Source: Nageia nagi
Lineage: Eukaryota; Plantae; Pinophyta
Length of the DNA: 64,000 nucleotides
Direction of reading: 5' to 3'
Assembly (NCBI GenBank): GCA_050084985.1
Contig: JBITNC010000001.1
Location: forward strand, 211,730,001 to 211,794,000
Shown here: positions 36,727 to 49,395 of the stretch, piece by piece
How the letters are laid out: each line of letters starts with the position of its first letter
How positions within the stretch are numbered: position 1 is the stretch's first letter
Notes under the pieces: generated by a model
Told to the model about the DNA's origin: nothing
Database searches by the model: none
What the model saw: only the letters and a program-made list of their open reading frames with translations
Position numbers and translations under genes: made by a program

Positions 36727-37661
36727 AAGATTGATGCTCTAAGGTTCAGTATTCGTATTGTGGCAAAGCATGCACCAGGGCTTTCTTCGTCAACACTTGT
36801 GGTGGAATCTCAAATATTTACTAGTACCATTGTATTAATTCGAGGATAATGCCAACACCCTTCAAATAGCTAGCTTAAAACTTGGGTTGCGCCAACCCCC
36901 AAGTGTGTGCCCACGTAAACCCCACGTAAACCTTGTAATACATTCCACTACAGGTACCTCACTCTGAAGAAGTGAAATACTGGAAGAGATAAGCTCCAAC
37001 CAAGGAGAAGAAGTAATAATAATCACATGCCTTTGATCTTCTAGGAGTCCTTATATAGATGGGGTAGTTTATCTTCTAATCATGCGTTGGGATTGATGTA
37101 ATCTCATCCAACAATGTCCAAGGGTGATCCGTGTGCTACGCCCAAGTGAAGATGACTTCTATTTGCCTCGGTATCATCACGACTACTTGCATTAAGTGCC
37201 ATAAAACATTCCTTGTCCCACGTCCAAGTGTGGGAGTTATAATCTTGCCTTGGGATGTCAAATTAGACGATCCAAGGGTTCCCATATAAAACGCCTCATT
37301 TCTTGAGACCAATATTGCATCTACAATAATAAGCTCACCTTGGTATCATCAATTACCTTAATCAGGCATCATTAAGTGGCCCATACAATTAATACATAGA
37401 AATTACAATTAATGATTCACAAAGTCCTATGTTCCATGTTGGAGAACCTCCAACTAGAATTTACATTAAAATATTCCTAATTAAATTTAAATCACACCTA
37501 TATTACTCAAGTAACAATTGCACATCCTTAGAAGAAGGATGTGACCCTTCCAGTGGTCAATTGAGGGAATAGTTCTGTATTCCTATGCATGTGTGATATT
37601 AGAAAACTGGCTTGACAGGTGAACTTCAAAGTGTCCTAACTCCTTTGTTTCTTGACAAAAC

Positions 37662-38940
37662 TATGACGTCCCCCTTGTCTAGATGTAATTAGTTGTGGGG
37701 TTCGAAAGGATCTACTTGTAATATACTTTCTTTATGTATTGCTCTTTATGATTGTAACTTAGGATGGGAGACTTAATGGGTCAATGGATCCCACTGTGAG
37801 CCACAAGTGGGATGTCTCCCTCCTAAGGTTAGATTAGGAGTATTTGTCATGCTTGGAGATCCCAATATTGATTGTGGGAATCCCAAGGTCTATTGGTGTA
37901 TTGAGGTACTGGACGACCACTTGTATGCTTGTGCTAGGCTTGGGGAGGCTCCCATAACCCCACATTTGCCCAGCTTGACTCCTAGACCCCTCGTTTGCCC
38001 CCATCACCCACGTGGGCATGCATGGCACCCCTTAGCTCACTCATTGGCACTTAATGCACCCCTAGCCCCCACGTTGGCATGACACCAATGTTGGGTATTA
38101 CGGGCCCCCAGGAGGCCAAAGTTGGATAAGATGAGCTAGGTGATGACTTCTAGATGAGATCGTGATAGAGCTAATGTATAAATAGACACTGGAGCCTCAT
38201 TACTAGACCTGCTTGATTACTATTCTCTTATACCATCCATAGGACTTCAAGACTTAGTGGTGCTAAGCAACGTTTCTAGACGCAATGTCTAGAGGGCATT
38301 CAGGTTGAGGGATCCCTTCTATCTACGGTATTGGCGCAATGCCTTACCTATTTGGTGGCATTTTGAGGTATGGTTTCTACCATTCAGTTGGTTATCTAGG
38401 ATCAAAGGAGGGATCCTTCAATGGAGAGGATTCGGGTTCTGAGGGAGCATTACTATCCCATGATTCCGTTGTTGTTCTAGTGATTGAGGATATTCATTGT
38501 TGTGCCCTAGTTGGCTCCAAAGAGGCCAACGACTGCCCCCTAGGGCTTGGTATTGTATTGCACTGCTTCATATCATTTATATACTTCCGAGGGCAATTGG
38601 ATCTCATGCTTGTGTTGTGTTGACTCATCTTGTGCATGCGTTGGATCATTGTGGTTGTTTATGCTTGTACTCATCATGCGTTGGCATTATGATGTATTGT
38701 TGATTGAATATTGCATGCTATAGCCAAACATTGGCATCTTGGTATTGTGAATGTGTAATAATGATGCTCTAGCTTGTACGTTGCCATATTTGGATTCTTG
38801 AAGTTCATACTGTATGTTCTAACCCTAACTTTGGCATTTGAGGGTTTGCATGTATGAGTTTTGATGCCCTAGACCTGACATCAGGGTTTAATGGTTCGAA
38901 TTAGCTAGTTTGTGGTTGAATTTCATTTTGGATCATCACA
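37662..38940 (+). mobile_element. Solo LTR (1279 bp) of the element H family, nested in G
   Basis: TATGACGTCCCC...GATCATCACA with TSD AAAAC/TAAAC. Reverse-complement similarity to 49963-51190. Confidence 0.87.
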
Positions 38941-40754
38941 TAAACCTAGTTGTGTAACCTGTCAAAACCATTGGCATGAGGTCCTATTTCCATTCCAAGT
39001 GACAAAACATCAATTCGTGGCTCGTAAAAGATGAAATCTCCTTAAAACCAAAAACAAGTAGAACCTTACAAATTGGATACATTACACCCTCTAAGATGGA
39101 CGCTCCACTAGAGGTAGAGCATGATGATTCCAAGAAGGTGTCATTGATCCCAAGGCATAAAAGACTCCAAAAGGGAGACATTGCACCTAGGTGAGCATTC
39201 TGAAACTATTGGATGAGACTTTATGGATCCCAATGCATGCATGATTGACGTCTCACCCTATGAGTGAATTTGGACCCTACAACTTGATCTTGTGCATCCC
39301 AATGTTTGTTAGGATGGCGCAAGACATATAGGTCTTTTGGGTGCTATAAAAGGAGAAGCTTTAGACTCATTTGGATATGGTTGATTATTACTTATCTTCT
39401 ACATTGGACCTAAGGTATTGACTCTCTTCCTACCCTTGTAGACAAAAACCCATCTAGAGGTACTTTGAGGTTTGGCAAAGCCTCAAGACTTAACAAATTG
39501 CTACTTTGAGGAATAACATACCTCAAAGTACACAACTAGCTATATAGAGGTGTTGGCATTTCCTTAGATTATCTTAACACTGCTAATGGGACCCTAGAGT
39601 CTCCACCATAGTTGATTGGATGAAGCATTGGTGCAAACCTTGTGACTGTTCATGATTTTATTATTCATAAAATCATAAAGATCTACGAAATCATCCCTAG
39701 GGAACACTTGCTCTGGAAGTGAAGGCATACCATTTGGTTCTCTTTGCAATATTATATGAAGTACATTTGCGACTCTAATTATTGTGTCAATTTCATGAGA
39801 TCATTCCTTGGTTGCATGGGCTTTGCATTTTGAAGGTTAATTACTAAGTTTATGCACTTAATTGCTATTCATTGGAGTATTTGCTTGAGATCTTGCTATT
39901 GTTAGCTAGATGTTGCATTGGAGTGAGCTTGTGTTGAGATTTGGCATTGTTGGCTTAGACATTGGCTTTCTGGCATTAATTTTGGCTTCTGCACTTGGAC
40001 ATTGGGTTCTTGCATTGCTATTTTGCACTTGAGGTTGGGCGTATACATTTTTTGAGTGAGATTAGGGCATTTTGGGTATTTAAAGTGCATACTTGATTGG
40101 AATTTTTGGTGCATTTTATTAATTTTTGTGAGGCCCATTAGGGAAATTCCAAGCCAGCCCTATTTCAGAATATTTTTGTGTTATCAAAGCCCATGATTTG
40201 GCACATCTGTTGGGAAAGAAGGATTTAACAGTAAGATTTCATTGGTTACAAGCCTGAGATTCAGCTAAGGAAGAGTAAAGAGCAAATCTCGAAACAATTT
40301 TAGTGGATCTGAGTCATCACAAGCAATTTTGACATCAAGATCTGACCTTTGAGCACTAGAAGGAAGATGTTGGGGTCTTCTACATTAGATCTTGGCATCT
40401 AAAGACTTGAAAGAGGTTCATAGGCCACCTAAGAGAGCAACATTGGACATTATGGCACCATAACTAAAATGAGAGTCATCTTGGAGGTTCGTTGAGGATG
40501 GAAGAGCATTTCAAGCTTCCAGATCTGCCAATTCTTAGTCTTGGAAGGGTTTGTGGCACTCGGGCCATTTGGAAATCTGAAGTGAGATTGGGAAGATTAA
40601 ATTTTTTTAGAGAGATCTGAGAGCTATGACAATTTCAGTTGTATTACACAAGATCTGCATATTCCTGGCTTGTTGGCACTATGGGAGGGCAACGTTGGGA
40701 TATTGACCCTTGCATTTGGCGCATCACATTCCTGTAAGTGTGACATCAACAATT

Positions 40755-42675
40755 TGTTAGAGTACTATTTTCTTTATTACCTAGTTAGGTATCTACATTA
40801 TTATTATCTTAAGTTCACTGGTAGGTGTGCTTAGTTGTCATACTTATCAGGTTGTTTTAAGTTTGTTTTTTTTGGAGGGGAGCTAACTCCAAGTATTATA
40901 GAGTGTACTTTGTTTCACATCTTGACAATGCTTACATTTGTGGGGGTAATACATTCATTTGGAAGCTTTTATGATCAATCCTACATTGTTACGGACTAAA
41001 ACTATAAAGTTCAAATTTCCTGCTTTGGTTGTTTTTTATCAGCCCATTGTGTTTGTCATAGGCGAAGACCACACTTTTTTTGTGCATGAGAAATCGCTTT
41101 GAGGTCGACTATCCTTGCATTTGTTGTTTTTTCTCTAGCCTATCTTCTCATTTTATGAGACACTTTGGATTCAAGGGGGAATTTATTTGGTGACTTTCAT
41201 AGTTCGATGGCTCTTCCGTGGGAATCTCCAACATATCCTATTACTCCATTGGTTGATCATGCTTCCTATCCTGCTTGGTGTGAAAGCCTTGTTGAGTACT
41301 TGCGCTCTCGTGAGCTTTTGCCATAATTCTTGGTCTAGTTCTAGCACCTATTTTTCAGACACCTGAGTGGCTTGTTTGGCATTTCAGTATATGTGATGTG
41401 TGTTCTATCTTCTGCTACACTACTGATAGTGTTTATCATGATATTTTGCCACCTTTTGACTAGTCTTAACTCATATATATTTCTCACTTCTTTGTGCACA
41501 CTTTAAACCTCTCTCACCTTGTGATGAAGATTCCTTGATGCATGAAGATTCAATGAATGAGACAGTTGTTGAAGAAGATATTATGGTGCAGGATGTTTTT
41601 GATTCTATTTCAGAGACTTTGGAGGACTTTCTTGATGGTGTTGCTGCTCTCTTTAGAGAGTCACACATTTTTGATGTTGTTGACCTTCATGAGGAGCTTA
41701 TCTATTTATTTTATATATCTCCTTATCTATTTATTTTATATATCTCCTCATGTTGGCCCCTTTTGAAGATATTATTGTGGTGAGCCTTCCTCGCTTGGAT
41801 GAGACACCTTCTCCTCATTCTACTACTACTTCCTTGGAGCCTTCTCATGCTCCTTTTGTCTTACAAGAGGATTTTTGTGATACCTATTTCGAGTCTTCTC
41901 CACCTCCATCTTCAGTTGGACTCTCTTTAGGAGATCTCGAAGACTATCTTGAGGTTTCTTTGCCTCCTTCTCTAGCTACTTTCATAGATGTTTCTTTTAT
42001 GTAGCACATTGGATCTTTTGACTTGTCACATGGTGATCCTTTGGTTGTAGTGTCATCACCATCACTATTTGGTTTGTTGGCGAAATCTTCTCTTCGACAT
42101 GGTTCATAGCTTCCTTCGTCATCACCAATACCAGATTCAATGATGTTCCCTCCTCCTTATACTTTCTTGGATTGGGAAGATTTTCGATGTATGCCTTCTA
42201 GCTTCTTTCTTCCCCATGGGAGACATTTAGTTCGGTGATGAGGCATCTACATTATTTGGGGAAATCACATTGACCCTTTTCAGTTCTCCCTTGTTTGGGA
42301 TTGTACTTTAGGAGGCATCATTGCAGACATCTTTTCATCACCTTGGTTGAGGTTACAGAAGTTGTCCTTGGGGGGTGTTGAAGAGGACACCTTCCTCTTC
42401 ACTTCCTTCTTCTATCTTCTCTTTTTTGGAAGATGGTTTTTTTCCGTGTGGTTTTTCATCATCTACAAGTGAGTTTTCTTTTGTTTTGTGTGATAGCCAT
42501 TTTGTACATGAGTACCTTATGAGGCTTATTTGTCGGGACTCATATTTTCTTTGTTGTTCACACTCCTCTCAGTTTCACTTAAGGGGGAGGTGTTAGAGTA
42601 TTATTTTCTTTATTACCTAGTTAGGTATCTAGGTTATTATTAGGTATCTAGGTTATTATTCTCTTAAGTTCACTC
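40755..42675 (+). mobile_element. Non-autonomous Copia-like element with a truncated 3' LTR, nested in element F
   Basis: Direct repeat TGTTAGAGTA(C/T)TATTTTCTTTATTACCTAGTTAGGTATCTA at 40755 and 42591, PPT AAGGGGGAGG 42581-42590, and a gag-N-like SYPAWCESLVEYLRSREL. No pol seen. Confidence 0.7.
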
Positions 42676-45600
42676 GTCAACATTATTTTGATCATGTGGC
42701 TATTGTTTATTTCACTTGCTATTTAAGCAAGGTGTATCTTATGTTTAATTCATCCATCATTTTATTCTTTGCGAGTAATCTTTTATGCTCTTGTGATATT
42801 CTTTCGACTCTTGCATCTTGGGTGAGGAACTTCGTTTTTCCTCTCTCCTTTCAAAAATTTGGCACATTGCTAAGTGTCGAGGAGGTTAGTGGTGTGATGT
42901 TAGGCATTGGAGGCCCATTTGGCATTTTGCTACCCAGATCTAGCCCTTGGAAAAATTCGTCCAGCCCCCTCAGAAAATTCGAATTTAAGGTTTGAGTAAT
43001 TTTAATTGGCATATTTTAATTTCACGCAATTTTGGAAATTAATTTCAAAATTTTTGGAACCAATCAAGGAAATGAAATATTTTATTTGGAGAATTTATTT
43101 TTAAAAGCAAATTAAAATTGGAGGGATAAATCAACCAGGAATTTGGAGGGAAAATTAGCCAGTTAAAATTTTAAAAAGGCTTCTATAAATGAATTCCTAA
43201 GTATCAATTCAAAAGGAGGAGAGGAGCTCATCTAGACTTCGAAGGCTTCATACTAGCTTGAGGAGGGATTGTTGCACTTGAAGAGGGCTGCACTTGCAAT
43301 TTCCTAACAATAAGGAGATTCATCCACCCATAAGGAGGATGTTTGCACAACTTGAAGGACATTTGCAGATTTCAAGGTCGAATTTTCAGGCTTGGGTAAG
43401 TTCATCCACATTGGAATATTCATTTTTTGCATTCTGAAGACAAGTTTTTTTGGATAGATGTCAAGCTATAGTAGCGTCAAGAAAAGGGCAAGTCTATGCA
43501 CCTTGAAATTCGCTAGTTATACCAAAGGCGAGTTAAAAGACCAAAAGAAATGGAAGATCCAAGAATGGACGCTATACTTGAGTCATTAAATAAGTTGGCA
43601 AAAATGGATGAGAGAATGCCCAACAGGGGCACTACACTAGAAAGTGAAGGGTCAATTAGGTAGACCCATACACCGCTTGTTCGTCCAAGACAATCCCTCT
43701 TCACTCCCAAAGAAATTTCGAAATCCTATTGTGCAAAAGTGGACATCAATACAATGATCCAAGAGTATATGAATCAAGCATAAGCATTCAAAGAAATCGT
43801 TCCCTTCCAAACCTTTTCAAGTATACAGAAGCAGAAACATGGGAGAATTCCAAAATATTTCGAAAGAAAGGATAATCAACCAAAGATGCAGATGCCTATT
43901 TTTGATGGGAGCAACAAGATTTCAGCAAGAGCATGGTTACAGAAGTTGCAAACATACTTCACTCTCAACCCCATGGATGAAGAAAAAGGACTTCGAACTG
44001 CAACTATGTGCTTGGACGAAATGGCATATGAGTGGTGGCACCATGGCCTTACCAGCCAAAAACTATTGGAAAGGTTTGAACAAAAGAACATGGAAGAATA
44101 CTTCAAAGAATTAGCATACGTCAGACAAAGCACCACAATTGGGGACTACGTAGAAGAGTTTCGAGAATATCTTGCATGGTTCCTAATATCGACAATAGAA
44201 GACTTGCATACCTCTTCATGGAAGGTTTACAAGATCCCATGACAGCCACTATTAAGGCACTAAAGCCGCCAACACTAGCTGCAGCCATATGCAAAGCCTT
44301 ATTCCTTGAAGTACAGTCTTCGACAAAACCAACAGGGTTGAGCATAACAACACATAGGCTTAATTTGGTAAGACCACAAGGGTCAACATCCAAATATGTT
44401 CCCTACACAAAGGTTTCAAACCCCACAGGAAAGTTAGATGAGGCCACATGAAATGATTTAAGGAGAAGAAAACCCTGCTTTACCTTTAGGAATTCATGGG
44501 AAAGAGGACACAAGTGTCAAAGTGAGGTGCAAAATTTCTACATAGAGGTCATCGAAGATGAAGGGGTATCAAATTAGGAATTGGAACCTTGTCAACATGA
44601 ATTCAGAGATATTAGAGGAGTGTTGGCTACCCTAAAAGGGAAATCTCAATTCCTCACTATAGCGGTGGAAGGTGAAGTTGATAAAAGCAAGGCCCTAATA
44701 CTCATAGATGGTGGGGCTACTCACATCTTCATTGACGGAGAGTTCATTTAAGAAAAAGGGCTCAAAATATAGGAATTTGAAGGCTTCGACATAGCTGTGG
44801 GCAACGAAAACATTGCCTCAAGCAATAAATTGATAGAAAAATTAATGGTTAGCTTGGGCACGGAATATGTCTTACCATTAGGGGAACTACTACATTTACT
44901 GCTTGGAGTACAATGGTTTTACACTTTCTGAGAAATCACTAACAAGTAACAACTATAAAACATTGGAGATGAAATTCAAGATCAACGGACATGAGGTACA
45001 CCTACGAGGAATCAAGAAAGAAGGGGAACATGGAGCTGGATTTGAAAGGATGGAGGTAATTCTCAAGAACACCCCTTGCAACAAAGATACCTACATAAGT
45101 TGCCTTCAACCAAAGAAGGTTTCTATGGTGATCCAAAATGTAACTCAAAGCAAAATCAGAAAATTCGATTACAATAACCTTGGCATTAGGCCTAGGGCAT
45201 CATCTACAAGTATATACCATACAAAATTGCCAACGTCTAAGCTAGGGTTACAAGATCAAGCATTTACATCATACACACATGAACGTCTAGCATATCACAA
45301 TGTATATCACTTTACAATGCCAATGTTTGGCTCATACATGCACAAATAAGTAGTGGTAACCCAACGAATGCAAAAGAGTAATGAAGACAATACAAATATG
45401 AGATCCAATGCCCTTTCGGCTATTTGAATGATATAGAATGATGATGAATACAATACTAGGCCTAGAAGGGTTGACGTTGGCCTCTCAAGAGCCAACTAGG
45501 GAAATACAATGTGTCTCTCACCACTGGAACAATAACGGAACCCTGGGACAGTAGGCCTCCTCAGAATAAGAATCCTCTCCATCGAAAGAGCCCTCCTCAA

Positions 45601-46689
45601 ACTTTGGATAACCACTGAATGTAGAAGCAATACCTCAGAATACCATTGGATGGGCAAATGTGCTACACCAGTGCCATGGATAGATAGGATCCCTCAACCT
45701 GAATGCCCTCTAGACACTGTGCCTAGGAAGTTTGCTTAGCACCGCTAAGACTTGCTATCATCTGGACGATATGAAAGTAATAATGATCAAGTATATCTAA
45801 TAATGAGGCTCCAGTGTCTATTTATACATTTGCTTTGTCTAGATCTCACCTAGGAGTCATCACTTGGCTTTTCTAATCTAGCGTTGGCCTCTTGGAGGCC
45901 CAGAATACCCAACGTGAGTGTCTAAAGGTCAGACATGCCAACGTGGGGCCGAGGGTGCATTAAGTGCCAACATGTGAGTCAAGGAGTGCCACGCATGCCC
46001 ATGTGGGTCAAGGGGGCAAACATGGGATCTAGTTGTCATGCTGGGCCAACGTGGGAGTATGGAAGCCTCCCCATGCCTGGTGCAAGCATATAAGTGTCCG
46101 TCCATCACCTCAATGTACAATAGACCTTGGGATTCCTACAATCATGTTTCAGAATCTCCGAGTATGACAAATACGCCTAATCTAACCTTAGGAGGGCGAT
46201 GTCCCACTTAGGGCTCACATGGGGTCCATTGACCCATTAAGTCTCCTATCCTAAGTTACAAACATGAAAGTATAATGCATAAATAAAGTATATTACAAGA
46301 GGTCCCAATCAGACCTTACAATTAATTACAACTATGCAAAGGGGACATCACAAAGCCTCCCCTCTCGAATTGCTTGCCCTCAAGCAATGGAGGAAGAATG
46401 CAGCATATTGTCTTCCAAGAATCCTTCAGTCTGGTAGATTGCAATTGGCCACGGTGGAGTGCAACTTCAATATATCCTCTCCATGGTGAAGGTTTTGTAC
46501 AAACTGTTGAATCTGTATCCTCATGCATCAATAATGCAAGCAAAAACTCTGATATGTTGCAACTATCACTCCTCATCAATGGCTTCATGGCTGTCCTCAG
46601 AAAGCATGGGAGTGTATGAAAGTCTATGGGAGAAAGTACCTGCAAAAACCTCAGCTAAATTATAGTTGAGTGTAAACCAGTGGAGCCTT

Positions 46690-47335
46690 TGCTCCATGCA
46701 TGAGGTCAAGTTTTCTCCAAGCCCATCGTGGAGTCCAAAACTGCCCCAACTTCCAGTATGAGGCCAAAAACTCCTCCATCCTTCAACATGGAGTTCCCAA
46801 CTGCTTTTCGACCCAATATCAAATACATGGACCTTCCCATGTCCAAAGTGGGGAACCAACACTCCCTCAACCCAGTCATTGGGTACCCAAGCTCCTCCAA
46901 ACCAAACGTGGGGTATCCCAGCTTCTTCATGCTCTTCGTCATGCATAAAAATCCCTTAACCTCCCACATGAGGTGTAAAAGTCTCCTTGACTTCAACATG
47001 GGATGCAAGAAATCCTCCAAGCCCAATGTCTCGTTCTAAGCTTCCTCAACGCTCCATGTGAGGGGTAGAGGCTCCCTCAACTCCAACGTTGGGTAGAAAA
47101 CCTCTCTAAGGCTCAACGTGAAGTAACAAGCCTTCTTCAGGCCAAATGTGAGGTGCAGGAGGTCCTCCAAACTCATCGTGCAATACTTGGCCTTCCTGGG
47201 CTTCAACGTGTTGAACAAGAGGTCCCTCAAAAACTCCATGTCCCATGCCCAAGCTCCCTGATGTGCAACGTGGGGTATAAAGGCTCCGTGTTGCTTTTCT
47301 CCTCATGCCATGGCCCCTCCATGTCCAACGTGGCT
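46690..47335 (-). repeat. About 20-unit 30-bp array (xPTLxxxxxx 10-aa repeat) in element H
   Basis: Cores at about 46723, 46753, 46783, 46813, 46843, 46873, 46903 ... 47083, 47113, 47144, 47174, 47204, 47265 and 47324. ORFs 46706-47026 and 47036-47239. Confidence 0.85.
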
Positions 47336-49260
47336 AAACCTTCTCCTTTCTCCTTCTTTTGACACCACTCAATCATCTCCAGCCGTTTATTTTCCACTTG
47401 TGGACAATCATCACAGATCCCCTGTAGTGTGAAGCAAGAATGTGGTCTAATGAATATCCAATCAGCAACAAACATTCCCCTCCAAAAATCAGCAAATGTG
47501 TGATACTCACATCTGAAATCAATATGCAATGGCTCAAAATCAGTCCTTAGTGTACCCCATGCATCATACGAACTCATGATAACAGCTCCGATGGTGGTCA
47601 AGGAAGTTGCCAACATTGGTTCTTCAAAAATACCCCAACATAATACAAGGAAAGTCAACCATGGAATCTTCAACTGTGTACTAACAACGGGTGACAAATC
47701 AATCCCGATATGCCAACAATAAGCCAATCAAAATCTCTATCTTTCTCATAATATACAGTAGTCCATGCAACCCATGCCTCATGAAATGCAATCCCTGATG
47801 GGTGAACAACAACTCTCAAATCAGCAACTTTTCTTTTCCATGTGCAGCCACAAAACGTAGCTCTGTCAATTATGCAGAATGCAATCTGAGATGTTGTCAA
47901 CAACGTCAACATTTCAGTCCTAACTGTCTCCATGATCATTGTCTTCAAAGGCAAGGATTTGGTACCCAAAATCACCAAACACTTAGTCCATATTAAGTAC
48001 AAAATGGAGGTAATCTTACTGATCTTCAAAACACCATTAATTGCAAAGTTTTCACAAAAATCAGAGTGTAAAGCTCCAAGTAGGGACGTTGGGGCAGCAC
48101 CTGTACAACTGGACGTTGGGGCTAAAACCATGAGGATCATAAGTGGACAGAGTATCCCAGACCGTCTTCCATCTTCCCCTATCAAATGCTGCCCTTGAAA
48201 TGTACCAACTCAGCTCAAAGAAAGCTGAAGTCAGATCTGAATATTTCCCTTCTAAATCAATCCATACCAAGCACAAAGATGAAGAGTAAAACCTCTTATT
48301 AGTGCATGAGTTGTCCCCATATATTGTATCCTTTTGGAGCAGCAAAGTAACTTCTGAAATGACATGATTCCTTACCCCAAACAGTGATGAATTTTCAGGA
48401 ACATAAATAAGTGTACCTCTCTTTTGCTTGATGTCTTGGTTGCAAGTAAATGTGTCATGAGGGAATATGATGCCCTTCTTATAGTCAAATCTTTCAAGTG
48501 AGGCAATGGATTCTTGCAAACACACAAACAACCAAAGTGAGCTAAAACAAGTGAGGCCATTGCCCCATTTTATGTGGCAAAGATCCAAGTAGTTCCAAGG
48601 ACCATCAAGTCGTTCATCATAGGCTGAAACTGTTTTCCTTCTCTCCTCTAAAGTTGGTTTGGAAACCTTCATGCTTTCATTTTCATTCCCATGTTCACCT
48701 CCAACCTTCTTAATCTCCCATAGTGTGTTAACACACTCGGATCCCATGGAGCTAGAAGTCTATTGCAATTCACATGAAGAATTGATTCTTTCCACACATC
48801 ACACTTTGAAACCGAAGGCATGAAACTAGTATGTGCATATTCGCAAGCTGATTGAAAAGTTTCAACATTGACGCCTACATCAAGCTTCTTGTTCTTCACT
48901 ACATTCTCAACAAATAGGAGTGACTGCATTTTGAAGGAAACATCTTGTAGCTTTACTTGACATACCTCATGTGGTGATACAATGATTTCTGATTTTCCAA
49001 GATCTGAAATAGCATTTTCTTCTTTGCAATCTTTATCCTCCATGTTAAATTCAAAGCCATCTTCACCTTCCTCACTCTTATTTCAGGAAACCAAATCTGA
49101 AACAACAATGGCTCTTTTCTCTTTCCTCCCAACATTATTACTTCCAACACCATGTAAAACTTCTAAATTATTGTTATAAAAATTCAAATTACTGTCATAC
49201 CTTTTTGGGGTGTCAACATGGTTGATCCAAGATTCTTCCTTTGCCAATTCTTTTTCTTGT

Positions 49261-49395
49261 CCAACGTTGGGTGCCCAAGCTCCTTGGTGCTCAACGTGGG
49301 GTGTTAAACCTCTTCTTGGTTCAACGTTGGGTGCCAAGCTTTTTTTATCTCCAGCATGGGGTTCCAGACTTCCTTTATGCCCAATGTGTGATGCC
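49261..49395 (-). repeat. Second, short 30-bp array in element H
   Basis: ccaacgttgg 49261, tcaacgtggg 49291, tcaacgttgg 49321, ccagcatggg 49351, ccaatgtgtg 49381. Confidence 0.85.

Larger units (their letters stand above)
33848..39086 (-). mobile_element. Solo LTR G (~1.5 kb net) inserted in the 5' LTR of element F, itself interrupted twice
   Basis: TGTGATG...CATTACA with a perfect TSD CCCTC (33843-33847 / 39087-39091). Removal restores colinearity with the F 3' LTR. Confidence 0.85.
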
